A DNA stretch of 61,538 bases, the filler included, from Choristocarpus tenellus KU-1152 (Eukaryota; Protista; Phaeophyceae), in the NCBI GenBank assembly GCA_964200185.2. It is 9 parts of 9 records of this genome, joined end to end, with 100 filler letters (N's around TTAATTAATTAA, not from the genome) between each part and the next. Parts side by side here need not be neighbours in the genome. Positions count along the whole stretch, not along the records: positions 18,844 to 31,702 come from CAXNAD020001687.1; positions 31,803 to 36,659 come from CAXNAD020012772.1; 7 more parts are not named here. One strand, given 5' to 3'. Position numbers and translations under genes: made by a program. The stretch's first letter is position 1. The number at the start of each line of letters is the position of its first letter. Below are positions 20,782-34,976 of the stretch, piece by piece. The notes below the pieces were generated by a model that was not told the origin of the DNA, searched no databases, and saw nothing but the letters and a program-made list of their open reading frames with translations.

Positions 20782-23700
20782 TCAAGACTCCTCATCCTTC
20801 CTTTCACCGCCGACAGTCACCACATCGCTAAAATCCATACCAATATCCATGTCCTTAACTTCACCCCCACTGGAAGCTGCTCCTGGAGCACAGTAACTTG
20901 TCACCGCTGCCGCAAACTCCTTTGGTCTAGAAACATGGGGCAGGTGCCCACCGGGAAGACCCTATCAACAGGAGTCAACAGCATGGAGGGGGGACATTGG
21001 GAAAACTAGGTTTAGAACAAGAGGGAAAAGCGAAGGGGAGAGAGGCAGGCAATGCAATTCTTATAAAATTTCATCAATAAAGTTGAAGCTGTTCGTGTCA
21101 ACTTGCTTCTTGATGTGTACAACACCTCTGTCTCATTGGCGTGTTTGGGCAACCTACTCCGTGATTCGGTTTATGGCATGCCTGGAGAAATTGGCATGGA
21201 GCACATCAGTTAATGTTTCAAAACACTCAAATACCATTGTTATGCATTACTTCAAGTCATAACCTACTTCGTGGTAAGTAGTTCTGGTGTTAGCAATTCG
21301 ACCTCAGCAAAAATCCGCATGTTAAAAACATTTGGAGCGAATGATGGTTGTGATGATGGCAAGAGTGGATGACAAGAGTGTTCTTGAATCGGTGACATTA
21401 CAGACAAATTTGAATAAGCCAAAGCACAAGAATGCGGAAGATCGTTTCAAGAACAATAGGTTCAAACAATAGATTTATGATACCTTTCATGCCACGCTAT
21501 TAAAAAAATGTCAATCTATGAACTTCAGTACACTGCACAAACACTCCATTCGTGGTCCAAATACAATATAATATAGTCTTATATAATATATATATATATT
21601 TATCCTGTTAATTTGTGTGTGAAAAGGCGTGGGCTTGAGTGAGCTTTCTGCATTTTCAAGGTCAGCACAAGGGATGCGACTGAATTATCTCCTTTTTTGT
21701 GACGCTGACCTGGGCTATTGATCCTGCAATGCCTTCTAGAAGCTGCTTGGCACCAACCTCCGTGAAGGTGTCATCTTCACCATACATGATGAGGGCTCCA
21801 ACCTTGATTTTGTCCAGCTGGAAGCACAGTTTTGGAAGACAGCAGACAAGCAACAGGATTTCGTTTTTTTATCATTATGTTACTACTATAATACTACTGC
21901 AATATGGCCCCATGCAATTGAGAGACAGTAAATTATTCAAACATCACAAATCTAAATGTTAGATTGTTCTTTTTTCTTTGTTATTGTAATGCTTTCCTAA
22001 GCGATGATTACAATCAACTCTAACCCTTGACTGGCTATGTCCAACAGTTGTAATAGTCAAGATTCACAAGATTTAACTCAAGTATGATATCATTCTCTAC
22101 CATGCATAAAAAACCCTCAACAAAAATTCCCACAAACTCCCCACTATACAAAATGGTACCAACCTTAAAAGGAGCTGGAAAACACTCAAAAATACATGAT
22201 GCTGCAAACATAATGCATGAGTCGAAAACGGTCTGGACAGCATGCAAGCAAGTAGTGCTGATTGGTGTGATATTAATGTATCGAAAATATCACACCTCAG
22301 GAGAAAAAAATATATACATATATATATATCCACACGGCACAATTGCAGCCAAGATCTGACACCTAAGACCCAATCACCCTCAACCAACTCACACACAAAT
22401 CGAGAAATACTCGGCATACATAAAAATAAAAATGGGGGAAATAAAAACAAGGACAAAGCAGGGACCTGTGAGACAAAACCAAAAAGGAGCAATACAGAAG
22501 AAGGCTTCACGCTGTTCTGGCCACTCGACACTTGCAGATCAAAATACACCACCACACTGTCGAAGTCTCTCACCAAACAACATAATACACTCTCCTAATC
22601 AATGAGATGAGCAACAAATCTCCTGCTCTTGTTGAGCAGGGGGGGTGCTTCCACAAACTCGGACTTCCTTTTATGGAACTCTCTTCACACGTGCAAAGAG
22701 TATATACCATGAGACATAAACGTACTACAGCCTGAGAGGACCTGTGTACAAATAATTATTGAAGGGGCACTCTCATAACATTAAAATAAGACTAAGCACG
22801 TCAAAAAGTAGGTCACTTGAGCACCTCAGCAGTGGTATCATGGTGAAGGGCAACTTTGCACCGGGCCATCACGGAGTAATGGTGAGCCCAGCTAGCCTCC
22901 TTGAGAAATAATTTTTTCACCCAATCCGCCTCATGGGACTCAACCTTCATGGGACAGCGATATACAAGGTGTAAGAGTGGCAGGGAGGAGAGGATATTGA
23001 TTTTGTAGCATCAGAACCCGATTATTACATGTACATGTCTACTGCAACCATCATGGAAATCACATGCACCTAGAGGTAATCTTGCATTGCTCACAGGAGA
23101 ACCCATAGCACTGTAACAAAACAAACCCAAACAATAGTACTTGCCTCTAGACCAGTCTGCATGAAATGGAGCAGGAATGTTTCTCAAAAGCCTTGCCACC
23201 TTCCATTCATAAAATTTTTTGCATGGAACTTAAAAAACAAAAAAAGTTGAAATTCCTCATCTTCACCGCAGGAAGGTTTTTTTTTGGCCAATTGATAGCT
23301 AGGTTTTTTTTTTCTCTTATTCTAAACTCGCATTAACATAATTTCAAGCGTTCTCATGCTATATATTTTTTTTAACTTTACAACCCTTAGTTACATATAC
23401 TGCTATCATTTCTTTCCTTTATTGTAAGAACCTGTTTAAAGTCTTTTTGATATGTTATTAAAATGTTAAGGAAAATCATTATGCAGCAATCAGTAAAATT
23501 TGTATTACGGAACCCACACAAATATGTGAGAACCACCTCTAACCCTGACGCCAGATGACAAAAAAAATAAAAATAGTAATAGGACTTACAACAAATACAC
23601 TAGGGGAGTCTAGATCACGTGGAAGATGAATTCGCCCTAGTGGCTCAATGTGACATTTGGGTAGGTAGTCCTTGTACTGTTCTAAAAGAAAAATCAACAG

Positions 23701-26700
23701 ACTAAAGTCGCGTGTACTTCCTGCCTCTCCATCTAAGCATGACTCACATAAAAAATCCATAGAAATACTGCATTTTATCCTCTTGTCTCTATTTAAGAGA
23801 TGTTAATATATGTCAATGATCCAAATATCAAAAGAATGGAACTGTTGGCAGTTTCAAGTAGCTACATCAGGTCGATCGTTGTAGATACAAGGCAGTCGCT
23901 CCCCCTCTCTATACTCAAGAGTCTAAACTATCCACCCAACACAAAAGGCAACGCAAAACAACAAGGAAATCAGCACACATCTCCACAAGAGAAAGAGGCT
24001 TCATAACACCACAACATCAAATGCCTAGCCTAGTAAGTTTGATCTACATTGCAAAAAACAAATTACAATACTGCACTACTGTCCAGTGGAAGGGGATGAT
24101 AACCATGGCAGGTTCAAAATGTATACCTTTAATGGGTTTCAGTTCCACATAAATAAATAAAATAAATTGGCACACAGATCCCCCCGCCACCAACACTACT
24201 TTTCCTAGATTAACCTTTCTCATTCATTACCCACAACTATGAAACGCAAAATGCTAGTACATGTAGGGTCAAACACCCATCATCCCAGCCTTCACGAACC
24301 ACCATTTTGTAGCAATTCCCCCAGATCCCTACCCCATGCATCTTTCCAAAGTCAAGCCTGATCATGCAAGGGGCCTCACCGATAGGAATATCTGGGGCCT
24401 ATGCCCTCTCCACGCACCCTCACACTCTCTCCCTCCTCCCATCCAACCTCAGAGTACAAACGTTCTGAAGCACCACAGGGCAATATGCATCGCCACAATC
24501 AACAACACAGTGCTACAGAACACCATAGGCTCCCATAGGTGCTCAAGATTCCTACAGGATTAGGTTGATTATTAGGTTGAGACATCACTGAGGTGCTCCT
24601 TCTTTTAACCTCGATCAAACCAATAAACCACCATGAAAACAAAGCATACCTCATGCACAGCAATCCCAATGCACTGCCCAATGTCCTGGAATCACACAAT
24701 ACTGACCTTAACCTTCAAGTCCATCGCAAAAAAAAATCATTGTTAGGAAGTCTGCCCTTCCCCCATATAGCAGACAGCATAAGGCACTGCCTAGGCATTG
24801 GGTCGAGATGCTCGTTTCTTGGGGCACCTAGGGTCACAGGTCCCCATGGCAGTAAAGCACTGCTGCATTTCACAAACCCCTTTGTTCTAGTGCTGCACAC
24901 ACTAGAAATGGATACTTTACGCAGGATATTTCATACACTCCCTCCTAATCCCTCCTAAAAAACACACAAGCAGCAAGAAAAAAATACTATTTGGCCAAGA
25001 GACATAGGTATAGGGGCTCCATGAACCTCGAGACAAAGAAAGGTACCTCTCATCTCACCACATCAGAGACATGAACCTTGGCAAAGATACTCTGGGCAAC
25101 AGACGGTAGTGCAAAACCAAGCGCCTCCACAATAGGAAGGAGGAAAGTCGCCTGCCAACGGACATCCCATGAGACAAAGGGAGTGGTACCATAAGTGCAA
25201 CACCACCGGGAACATAAGGAGGGATCCGTTCCCTCCCTAGAATTGGGACTGTTCCCGAAGAAAGATGGGTAGGCAATTGGGGTGAACAGTGACACCGGGT
25301 CTGGGTAGGTAAGATGGCGGAACAATCCTAAAAAAGAGATTGGGAGGGATGAAAAAGGCAATGTAGCATTTTCCAAAAAATATATATATAATTTGGTACT
25401 ATAGTAACCAAAGTGAATGCTAGTCATGTCACAGTTCTTTAAATCTGTTCATACTGCAAAATGCAATATAGGATGGGAACAAACTAGTCCAGCATCTAGG
25501 CATAACGATGAATGGCGTATGGTTCATGATGCAGAAACATCTTGATCCTACAAATGGTTACAATAATTGTGGAAGGGGGGTAGATCCACCCAAGCACTGG
25601 TTGATGACTGGCAAGACTTCAAAACACCCTGTGAAATTGCTACACAATGGTAACAGACATCACATTGTCTAAGGTAGCTGATTCCGTTTGTATTTGATAT
25701 ATTCTTGCAATTTCTGAGACTTGGACAGGAATGTAGCTAGCGCCAGCCAAAACAAATTCGAAATATTGAACATTGTGAGCTGCGAGGTGTCTGTCAACAC
25801 TATGAGCAAAGGGGCCCGGAAGGCAATTAAAGCCACATTCAATGACTGGGGATATGTATTGCTATAGAAGCGGGGTAGGATCTAGGGGTTGGTTATATCT
25901 CCCTCATGCCATGGGAAGGGAATCGAATCTGTGAAGTTACACAGAGAATGGACTTCGACACTCCTGCTACAGCATAACATAGGACAGGGGTAGGGAATTA
26001 CATCTGCATACCTTGAATTTCACAACAGGTGTAAGCTCCGTTTTTGCCAGGCTGCTCAGCAGCACTAACCTATCATAACAAGAGGTGGTAGCTGGCGGGA
26101 TCAGCTCACCTCAAAACACAACTCATATGGAGCATGAAGTTGCGAGGAAGTGTTGTTGCCTGCTTCCTAAAAGGTCAAATTTAGGCAGGCTGGCAAAACA
26201 ATGTTACTATTCCAGCAAGTCGTGTCAGGGGGAAGAAAGGTACCCCTGACCATGACCTGCAAAGTAGGTGACACTAGAGCAAATGAGAAGATGCCAACCC
26301 AGAATAACGTTGATCAAATACAAGTGACAGACCCACTTCCCCAAAAAAACTCTACCTCACCTCCAACGGCCAGGCACAGGTAAGAATAACAGCATCCGAG
26401 AGAGTAGGTCAAGGTTTGCAAAAGGGTAGAACAAACAGGAGCACAATAACTGTAATAGTATCAATACTTTTATATAGGCCAAATACCTCCATACTGGTAG
26501 TAGCACACCTGAACAGCTCCACCAAGACGCATACCCATTTGCCTCAGGTTAAGAGTAGATACATAGATGCACAATCAACACATTCTAAAAAAACACTGAA
26601 ATGGTCAACCCACTTACCTGCCTCCAACCTTTCCAATAGGTCACCATTCCTTAAACAAGGTGTAAAGTCCTCTCCTCCCCTCTACAACATCTACTATGTA

Positions 26701-29700
26701 CCGGATCGACAGTGGTAACAGATTGGTAAAACACAATGCAAAACAATTGGTACTGTGGGGGGGGGGGGAAATCCTCCACCTTACTTAGTGACTTTCTCCG
26801 GGAAGTCTAAGGCCAACCGTTGAGCTATCATGCCGCCAAAGGACTCCCCTACCACTGGTGCCCCACCTTCTATGCCAGCCTGCTCAGGGTGAGAAGAAAT
26901 ACACAGGGGATCAGCATGGACAAAAAACTGAAGTCAGAGTCCCGGGGTGCATAGGTGAAAGGGGTAACGACCTAGAAATCTGGAACTAGAAGTGTATTAT
27001 ATGTGGAGTGAAAGGGCTGGCAGTTAATTGCTGCATTGGGCATGCCTCCTCTCACCTACAGTTCCTTGGATGTTGGGCATGTTGGGGGATGTGGTCAGGT
27101 TTTAATGTAGTACTTAATCAATACTAAATGTGTAAATGTGTGTGTGTGTGTGTGTGTAAAAACAGCAACCCCTCTTACATGCACTGAGCTTCATAGACAA
27201 ACCACTAGGAAATGCTGACTGGAGGTCCACACTATCATTAAACGTATGAAAGGTTATACTCAAATTGCACAAGAATGACCTCTTGTCTGTTAGGGGAATA
27301 TTGATGCCTTGTACGGTGGCCTTAGTCATTCAGTTGTTAAGGATAACATCACTATGTAACTGTCCAGACCAAATTACAGCCTACACAGCAAGTTTTGATA
27401 GTAAAGATTCACCAGGAGATTGATTTGCCCCCCTAGGATCCAGGGTTTTCTCAGAAATGACTGGAGTCACCAATCATTAACGTTAGCAAATACCATGCAT
27501 GCCCACTCTACTTGTTGGTAACTGTTAGCAAAAGTCCCATCTGCTCCTCCCAGAAAGCCTACATAGGTGCATTGTGCACCCACACCTACACTACATCCAC
27601 ATAATACACAACAGTTTTCTACCATGCCCAAACATGAACCGCAACACCCTACAAGGCTGGCCTCCAGCAAATGTGTCTCTACAAGCAGCAACAGGACATG
27701 CTTCGTATTTGGGGCAACAACTAAATTACAGAATGCCCTGCCCACTACTCACCTTCAAGTCACACACCAAAACACCAGGGGATTCCACTGCTTGGGGCGG
27801 CGGTTGACTAACTGAACACATGAGATCCAGCAAATTAATTATGTAAATTTCAAGGAGGTCTTCATGTAAAGTATATGCAAGTACACATATCTGCCATCTA
27901 TGCTGGAAAGCTTTTGGTAATGAGCGGATATCCCAATAATAGTTGGCTTGCCCAGGATGACAGTTACAGGTAATGTAGACAAGACTCAGCTTACAACAGA
28001 TACCCTAAACCTAAATCCCAGACCTCAAGTAAGGCATACTACATTCTGGCATAAAATTGAGGGGCATTTTAAGGGAGGAAAAACTGAGAAGACACTGATC
28101 AGCTTTATAGTAAGCACTCCACATTTGTCATCTGACAAAAAAATATGCTTCAAGAGATCATTTCAGCAGAACAACAATGAAATTCATGGATTGATGCTTT
28201 ACTCTATGTACAAGCGCAGTAATCTCAACCACACCTTTTGACATTGCACTAGATGTACTCGGTCCAAACAGAAACCAGGATAGGGACACAACAAAGAATT
28301 GAGCAGGATACGGACCAAAACCGAGCCCAGTGAAGTTCATTTTCTCACTGGTCGAAAACGGCAGACGAAATCAAGTGATGGACTACTCGCCTCATCCATT
28401 GCAGCTGCAATCTTCTGAGCAATGTAGGCCAATGTGTACTTCCCCTCTCCCTTGCCATTTCCTCCAGTTCTCCACCTTGTGAAAGGATGCTTTGCTAGGG
28501 GTAGATTCAACACTATGACATGAAACTAGAAGGCAATGCGGAAAGGAAAGGAGTGGAGATCTTTGTCGGGTATATCTCTGCCTTGCGGAATAATTTACAG
28601 TGGATCTAGCTTCATCCAATATTTAGTCCTGCTGGTAACTGCACTTTGTCCTTGGTTTGAGAATCACTTAAGAATTTGAGATCACGTGTGAACTTCATTC
28701 CTTTAGTCATTCAAAATGAAAGAATAAGACCCGTTCTCTTGGTTCGCGAATTCTCAATTCATCCTAGACAATGGACCATTTTCGTCCGTAACACTCTTCG
28801 TCCGACCAAAATGGACCAAAAAAGTACACTACACGTAAGAACGGTCCTACATAAAACGCTGTCGGTGTCCACGTTACCACAATCATAACACAATTATCAA
28901 GTTGGCAAAAAATATTCCAAAAACGTTGCAGAGTAAGCAGGACGACCAGAGTGGGCTGATGAGAAGTCACCTACACTATGGTGTGTGACGACAAGGGAGG
29001 TATTAGAGAGATGGGACAGAGTCTGCCTCCACTCGCAGAGGGAGAGCTAGCTTGTAATATCGCTAGCTAGGCCTGATGAAACGTCTAATGGTTGAAGTAG
29101 TGAGTTAGCATAGAGCCTAGAACATGCTGAGACAAACTTCCATGGTGATCGTAAATGAGGAAGGTATCCATACCGTAGTCATGTTTGATCAATCACTAGA
29201 AAGAGCGAAGGTAGAGAAGAGGCAACGGGTGTAAGACACACACCGAAGGTGCAAGCAATCCTTTCTCTAACTATACTATTTCTCACATAGGGGGTAAGTT
29301 CTGGAACTGAATCGGAAAAAAACGCTGTGATTCCATCCAAGCCTGGAATTAGCACAAGGGGGGGGTTGGAAGAGTCTCCGTACTCTTTGAACGGGAAGAA
29401 GGTCATTGCAGCGGGCTCGTAAGTCTCTGCCAAAGGGTGGTAACTGCCACGTGCCTTTGACCGTGACTAGAGACTGCAGGAGAGAGCGTAAGGCGCCAAC
29501 CAACGTGAAAAGGTGGGTAAACAGGAAGAGCACGATACCAACCTGACCAAAGATGACACACAACAACAAACCCTAATTTACTTACTACTTGAGTGTGAAC
29601 TTTTGTATAGTACTTTGTATTACTACTTCTCTCATACACGCGCAAAATGTTAAATTGCATACATAATAATACCTATTAACTGTAATATAATGTATTAACT

Positions 29701-29817
29701 TACAACAAAAGTTTACTGAAGAGTAGTAAAAGAGTAGGCGAAGTCAGAAAGGTGAAAAGGTGGATTACTTACCTCAGTTATCACACCAATCGATGGTTTG
29801 TTGGAGTATTCAGTCAT
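20782..29817 (-). CDS. Alpha/beta-hydrolase fold protein (Abhydrolase_1-like) with complete Ser-Asp-His triad
   Basis: Exons (29817-29773 tentative), 29466/29406-29287, 28525-28391, 26879-26785, 26069-26012, 25151-25059, 22944-22825, 21817-21710 and 20961-20782 splice in phase. Motifs: PPLVLIPGLDG (oxyanion), FHVIVLNLP, VGESFGGMIA (GxSxG nucleophile), LIMYGEDDTF (Asp), GGHLPHVSRPKEF (His). Confidence 0.92.
24700..24900 (-). pseudogene. Possible heavily decayed non-LTR (CRE-like) reverse transcriptase remnant in a hydrolase intron
   Basis: Translation ...VKCSSALLPWGPVTLGAPRNEHLD loosely resembles the pre-RT GPxGxRxEHL motif. No intact ORF. Confidence 0.25.
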
Positions 29818-31583
29818 TTTCTTGTGTAATTTTATGGGAGATAAAAGCTTGAGAGGGAACAAAATTACCAACATCAAAGTCTAACTTCACCAACCTTTTT
29901 TGAAAAATCGAATACAATCTGTGTACGTATGTAAGAGAGGGCAAGGAAAAGAACCCTCTCTTATATACCGATCCTTTCTTACTGCATATAAGATCGCTTT
30001 CTCTTAAACCGAGTGATCGTGATAAGAGAAACCTATGTTATATCAAGCAAGAGTGGTCATAGGCACTTTATACTTGTCTCCGAAAGATGACAGAGCGATG
30101 CCCTTGCCGTATGCGATTCCCTTCTCATATGGGAGTGTTTATAGCTTCTCCCATGACCTCAACCCGATCCTTGGCGAAGAGTAAGTTCAAGTGGTCAATA
30201 TTTTTCCCTCATAAATACTGCTGTGACCACATCAAGTTCGCAGGCCACTTGTCACCGGTTGTTGGGTTGGTGTTTACCGCATCGACATGTTCGTATCTCA
30301 AAGGTGGGCTCTTCTTTGTCCACCTTTTGACAAGAAAAAATCGACTCCAATCTTCACACCCCCAAGCACCTATTGTCCCACACACCCCAGGATAGTTCCT
30401 CGGACAATATCCTCCTCCTGGTAGTACCTCTCTATCACCTACATCTCATCCAGATGTGTATCTCCCTCACCCTTGGGATGTACCTTCGAGTCATCACCCC
30501 CATCCTCCCCAAAGTTCTCCTCAGCTAGATTTTGAGGTACTTAAACTGGCACAACGGTCAAAGATCTTGACACCACATTCTTGTGGAGGGCCACTAGTTT
30601 AGGGGTTTGGCCAATAACTTCTCCACGTCGGGTCTTCGCCTTTGAGGCCTTGGTGACCTCACATGGGCTAAGTTTTACATTGCGCACCTCGAGAATAGGC
30701 TAATCAAATCGTATCTTGGACATGACCACGTTTATCGTTTCAGCTCGTTTCACAGCGAATGAATTTCCCAAAATGGATGCCACCCAATATTAACAAAAGA
30801 CACATTAAAGTTGTCCACTATGCTATGTGTGAATTTACGCCAACCTAGTACTTCCATGCAAGTTCCTTCGAACCTCAGTTCATAAAGTAATTATTATTTA
30901 CTCCAGACACTGCAACGAGAAAAACGATTAAATTTTCCTGAAGATGTGTTGTGTTGTCGAATATGCAGAGGTGGTAGATATCTTTTTTGGGGGATATTAA
31001 GCCAGGATCGTTGATCAAGTTCTTGATCTTCAGCAGTTACAGATTGTACTGCTTTTGGCGAAGGGTGATAACGGGACACTCCAGATGTCCGACATCGTGT
31101 TTCATTTTTCTTTCTCTCGGTCTGGTGGGGACAGGATTAACACAATGCAATAGGTCAAGATATTTTCCTGTTTCATTGCTGTCGCTCAGCACTATTTTTC
31201 ATTAGTGAGATGGGAGGTCAGTAGTCAAGCATTCCAGAAGTACCCTTCCACTATTGGGGGTTGCAACCCAAAGTACTATACTGCTTTGTTACCGTACAGG
31301 TAGGTGCGAATGTTGGACAGGAGGGCATCTATGGTGCAGGGCTTGCCGATGGGTTGCAGATGCATCTTAAGGTTCCTTCTTGTGGTGAAGTAGTGAAGGG
31401 TGCAAACAGGTTGAAACTCTTCCCAAGACCTCATTCATTGGCGACCCTACGCATATTCTTTTCCTCCTCCTGCCGCTGAGCCAACCCCGTTGCTGTTTGT
31501 CTGGGATCCTTCTTCTCATGGGACACTTGGGCATAGACACTGTTGTCATTATGGGGGTTGTAATGAGTACTGGGAGTTCATCC

Positions 31584-31659
31584 TGTTCGATTAGGCTTTT
31601 CCAACTCTATCGGACAGTTACAATAAATATGTATAGAGTTGGAAGAGCCTAATCGAACA
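31584..31659. other. Long hairpin / inverted repeat (27-bp stem, 22-nt loop)
   Basis: TGTTCGATTAGGCTTTTCCAACTCTAT (31584-31610) pairs with ATAGAGTTGGAAGAGCCTAATCGAACA (31633-31659). The single mismatch is a G:U pair on the + strand. Confidence 0.9.
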
Positions 31660-31802
31660 CCCTCCCTAGCTTAAACAACTCTTGAGAACTTACAAGAAAA
31701 CANNNNNNNNNNNNNNNNNNNNNNNNNNNNNNNNNNNNNNNNNNNNTTAATTAATTAANNNNNNNNNNNNNNNNNNNNNNNNNNNNNNNNNNNNNNNNNN
31801 NN

Positions 31803-31898
31803 CGACGTATGCAACCAAATCACCCCAAAATGACGACATGAAACAATTGACCCCAAACGGACAGCTGCCACCCTCCCCCCCCCAGATGCTTTGAACCC
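31803..31898 (-). mobile_element. MITE family B, partial
   Basis: ...CCCCAAACGGACAGCTGCCA-polyC-AGATGCTTTGAACCC is the reverse complement of the family B 5' half. Confidence 0.85.
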
Positions 31899-32006
31899 GA
31901 TGGGATTAGCAACCTGCTTGAACAATAGGGGGGCTTTGTCCTATGGAACCCAATAAACACCAGCATAACAATTTCAGGAGGTTTTTGAACTCTGTCAAAT
32001 GCGACC

Positions 32007-32100
32007 TAACAAACACGATAAACCAAAGTTCGTCCATATCGCAACACCAGACTTTGGCTCCCAAACGGACGAGGCTCTACCCTCTAAGATACTTTGACTC
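32007..32100 (-). mobile_element. MITE family A, partial
   Basis: ...CCCAAACGGACGAGGCTCTACCCTCTAAGATACTTTGACTC. Confidence 0.8.
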
Positions 32101-32136
32101 TTGGTCGACTTTGTACAGTGATTCTCCAAGATCATT

Positions 32137-32319
32137 GGCTCAACGTATCTGGGGGGGGGTGGCGGCTGTCCATTTGGGGTCAATTTTTTCATGTTGCGAT
32201 TTCTGGGTGATTTGGCTGCATACGTTGGATGGATAACGTAAATGCACTTTTCCTCAGTTTGGCCCAAATGGACAACCTGGCGTAGACCCCCCCCCCCCCC
32301 CCCCCAGATACTTTGGGTT
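32137..32319 (+). mobile_element. MITE family B, full copy (~180 bp)
   Basis: GGCTCAACGTATCT-polyG ... polyC-AGATACTTTGGGTT, flanked by CATT/CATT. Confidence 0.9.
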
Positions 32320-34717
32320 CATTGCAGCTCAACATCTCAAATTCTGCACGCCTCCCAATCCATATGAGAACAAACCCTCATACAAAGTAGGTCGTTCCCA
32401 AACGAGAGTTGCAAAAGTTATGTACTACTTTTAATTCCGAACGGAGGAAGCAGTTGCCAATCTCCAAGGGACCATAGTTGTGTTATAAGTTTTAAAATAG
32501 AAAACTTCTAAAGCATGGTATCTTTTGTAGTAACGACAACTGTTGTTATTTTATAACGGCCGTCCTTGTGATACAGCTTTGGTTTTTCCTTGACACATAT
32601 CCAATATGTCAGAGAGAGCACACATCAAATATATTAACCATTACTGAAGTACAATTGTTGTCAATGCGCAGACCTCTCCATAAAATATGCACTGTTTGAA
32701 AACTAACAATACAACGACCCCTTAAAGGCTGCTCGTACTTATTGTCCGAAATATCTTGTCATTCAAGTCTCGTTTGAGACAGATACTATCTGTTAAGGCC
32801 CTCGTAATTTTAATATCAACACACCTTTGCAGTGGAACGTTTTGGCGCGCCTTGATAGGCAACCAGTGAGTTTCCTGGATGAGTTGACCACCCCCTATCC
32901 ATGCAGTAGGGGGGAGACGGACTGGGTGTTACAGGTGGGAAAGGGCTGTTAGGTATCGTTCGAGAAACATAGTGTCTGGTTTCGCATATATTATTATTTC
33001 AAAATGCGTCATGTATTCAAACGAGAGACACCGGGCAGGTGGGCAAAAGGGATCCAACACATCATTCTTGGGATGGTTCCTTACCTACTTGCCGACCTCT
33101 GTAGGGGTAGGATGGGATCATAGGAGTGTGCACATTAATTCGTAGAGAACAATATCCAAATGGGGACATGATCAGGTTGTTAGTTTCGAATAGTAGTTTG
33201 TATCACTTTAAAGTGATAAAATGTTATTGACGACAACAGTTGACTATTGTGTCTAGAGTAGTTTTTGTCAGCATTATTATATATTTGACACATCTCCAAA
33301 ATTGCACTCAACAGAGTAACATGATCGAAGTTGGGACAAAGTATCTTAGGGGGGTGTGTGGTTTGTGAGGGGGCGTCCGTTTCTGTCTGGACGAAGTACT
33401 CAAAATTCATGGGAATTGCTGTCTTCAGTCGTGGAGAGAGGTGGACTGAAGACAGCAATTCCCATCATTTTGTATTACTTCGTCGTCCGGATCGAAACGG
33501 ACGCACCTTCACCAACCACCATCCCCCACGGTACTTGGACCCGGTCACCGTCCTTGTAAGATATATTTTGGCCTAAAATGCATTAAGGATATGTACGCCT
33601 GGCGCTTGAGTGGGTGTTGGCTATGTTGTGATGGCTCAGGAAAGTTCCCCTTTGGGTTCAAAGCCCGGAGTCTGCCTGGCTGCCGCCGCTTGGTTTGGGT
33701 GGAGGACGTTATTGAAAATTTCGACTTGTGCTGAAGATGGTGGAGTGGAGTGCGAGATGTTTGTGCGTGGACGTCCCCCTGGTAGGGTTCCTGCCAATTG
33801 CTCTATGGTCCTATCAGCGCAAAGAAGAGGGGGGAGGGAAAAGGGTTGGGTTGGCATTGCAGCAAAAGTATTAGAGAAAGGTGGCAGATCAACGGTCTAA
33901 TGGAGACGAAATTTAGGTTGCCGTATCGGGCCAATGAACACATGTATAGGAGGACACGTGTAAACACAGACTGTTTGGGAGCTGAATAAATTCAGTTTAT
34001 ATATATATTACATGGATAAGTCCGTTGTTTTATATGGAACGTATGATCCATGTCCATCATCATAACATGTCCGTGGAGGCATGAGTCTGATTGACTGGCG
34101 AAGTGGAGGGTGAGTCACGAACATATATTGGCCAATGTTGCTTCTCAAAGTCATGTCTGTAGTCAATATGGTGGTTGTGTAGGACTTGTACCCAGAACCA
34201 GGCCCGTTTAGGAGGGTCTTGGACAATGGTGTTGTAGTGGTTGTTGTAGTGTTGGACAAGGAGCTGCATATTTCGCAAGTCGCTATTCTCCTGTTTGACC
34301 TTGTGAGGGTGGCTGACTCGCTTTCCACAAACTTGGACCATGTGTAGTGGGGCTGGTGTACTTGGTCACGGTCCCTCGCATCCGTTGATCGTCCCATCCG
34401 AAGTATAGTCTCCTTCCCCTAGCTATGGCATTGAGCGTTACTCCCTCTTCTGAATCCGGCACATATATAACTCGGTGTCGGTCCAAGGGGTCTGTTTTTG
34501 TAGATAGGGCCCTGTTTTCATGTCCTGACGCTTTCGTGCCTGACAGCGAACTCGGCAATACAGGGGGTATTGTAGTCTCGTCACTGTCCCTCCTTTGTTC
34601 TTGTGTGGAAATTTGTGGACACCTTCTCTTCGATCACGTTATCTGTTGTGTACGACGCTAGTTGAGGGGGAGGTACATATTTTTAGTCATCGTCCGAGAG
34701 GTAGGACATAGAGCATA

Positions 34718-34976
34718 GAGCCAAACTATCTTAGGGGGTAGCGCCAAGTCCATTTGGGGACCAAAATCCAATGTTGCGATTTTGATGTAATTTTGACTAT
34801 CGTGTTTCTTAGGAAGTGTCAATATCTATGCTTCGGACAGTCCTTCTCATAATGTAAACATTTTACCAACTCCTAAACATTTTGGATTAGGAAAACGCCA
34901 AAAAAAAACCCATGGGAAGCCAAGCCTCAAACGGACAAACAGGGCAAAACTCGTACCCTCTAAGATACTTTCACTC
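34718..34976 (+). mobile_element. MITE family A nested in transposon copy 1
   Basis: GAGCCAAACTATCTTAG ... CTAAGATACTTTCACTC with an ATA duplication. Absent from the paralogous site near 41120. Confidence 0.92.

Noticed and set aside
30087-31550. LTR retrotransposon remnant
   Set aside because: The sequence looks coding-derived, but I could not recognise gag, RT, RNase H or integrase motifs, or paired LTRs.
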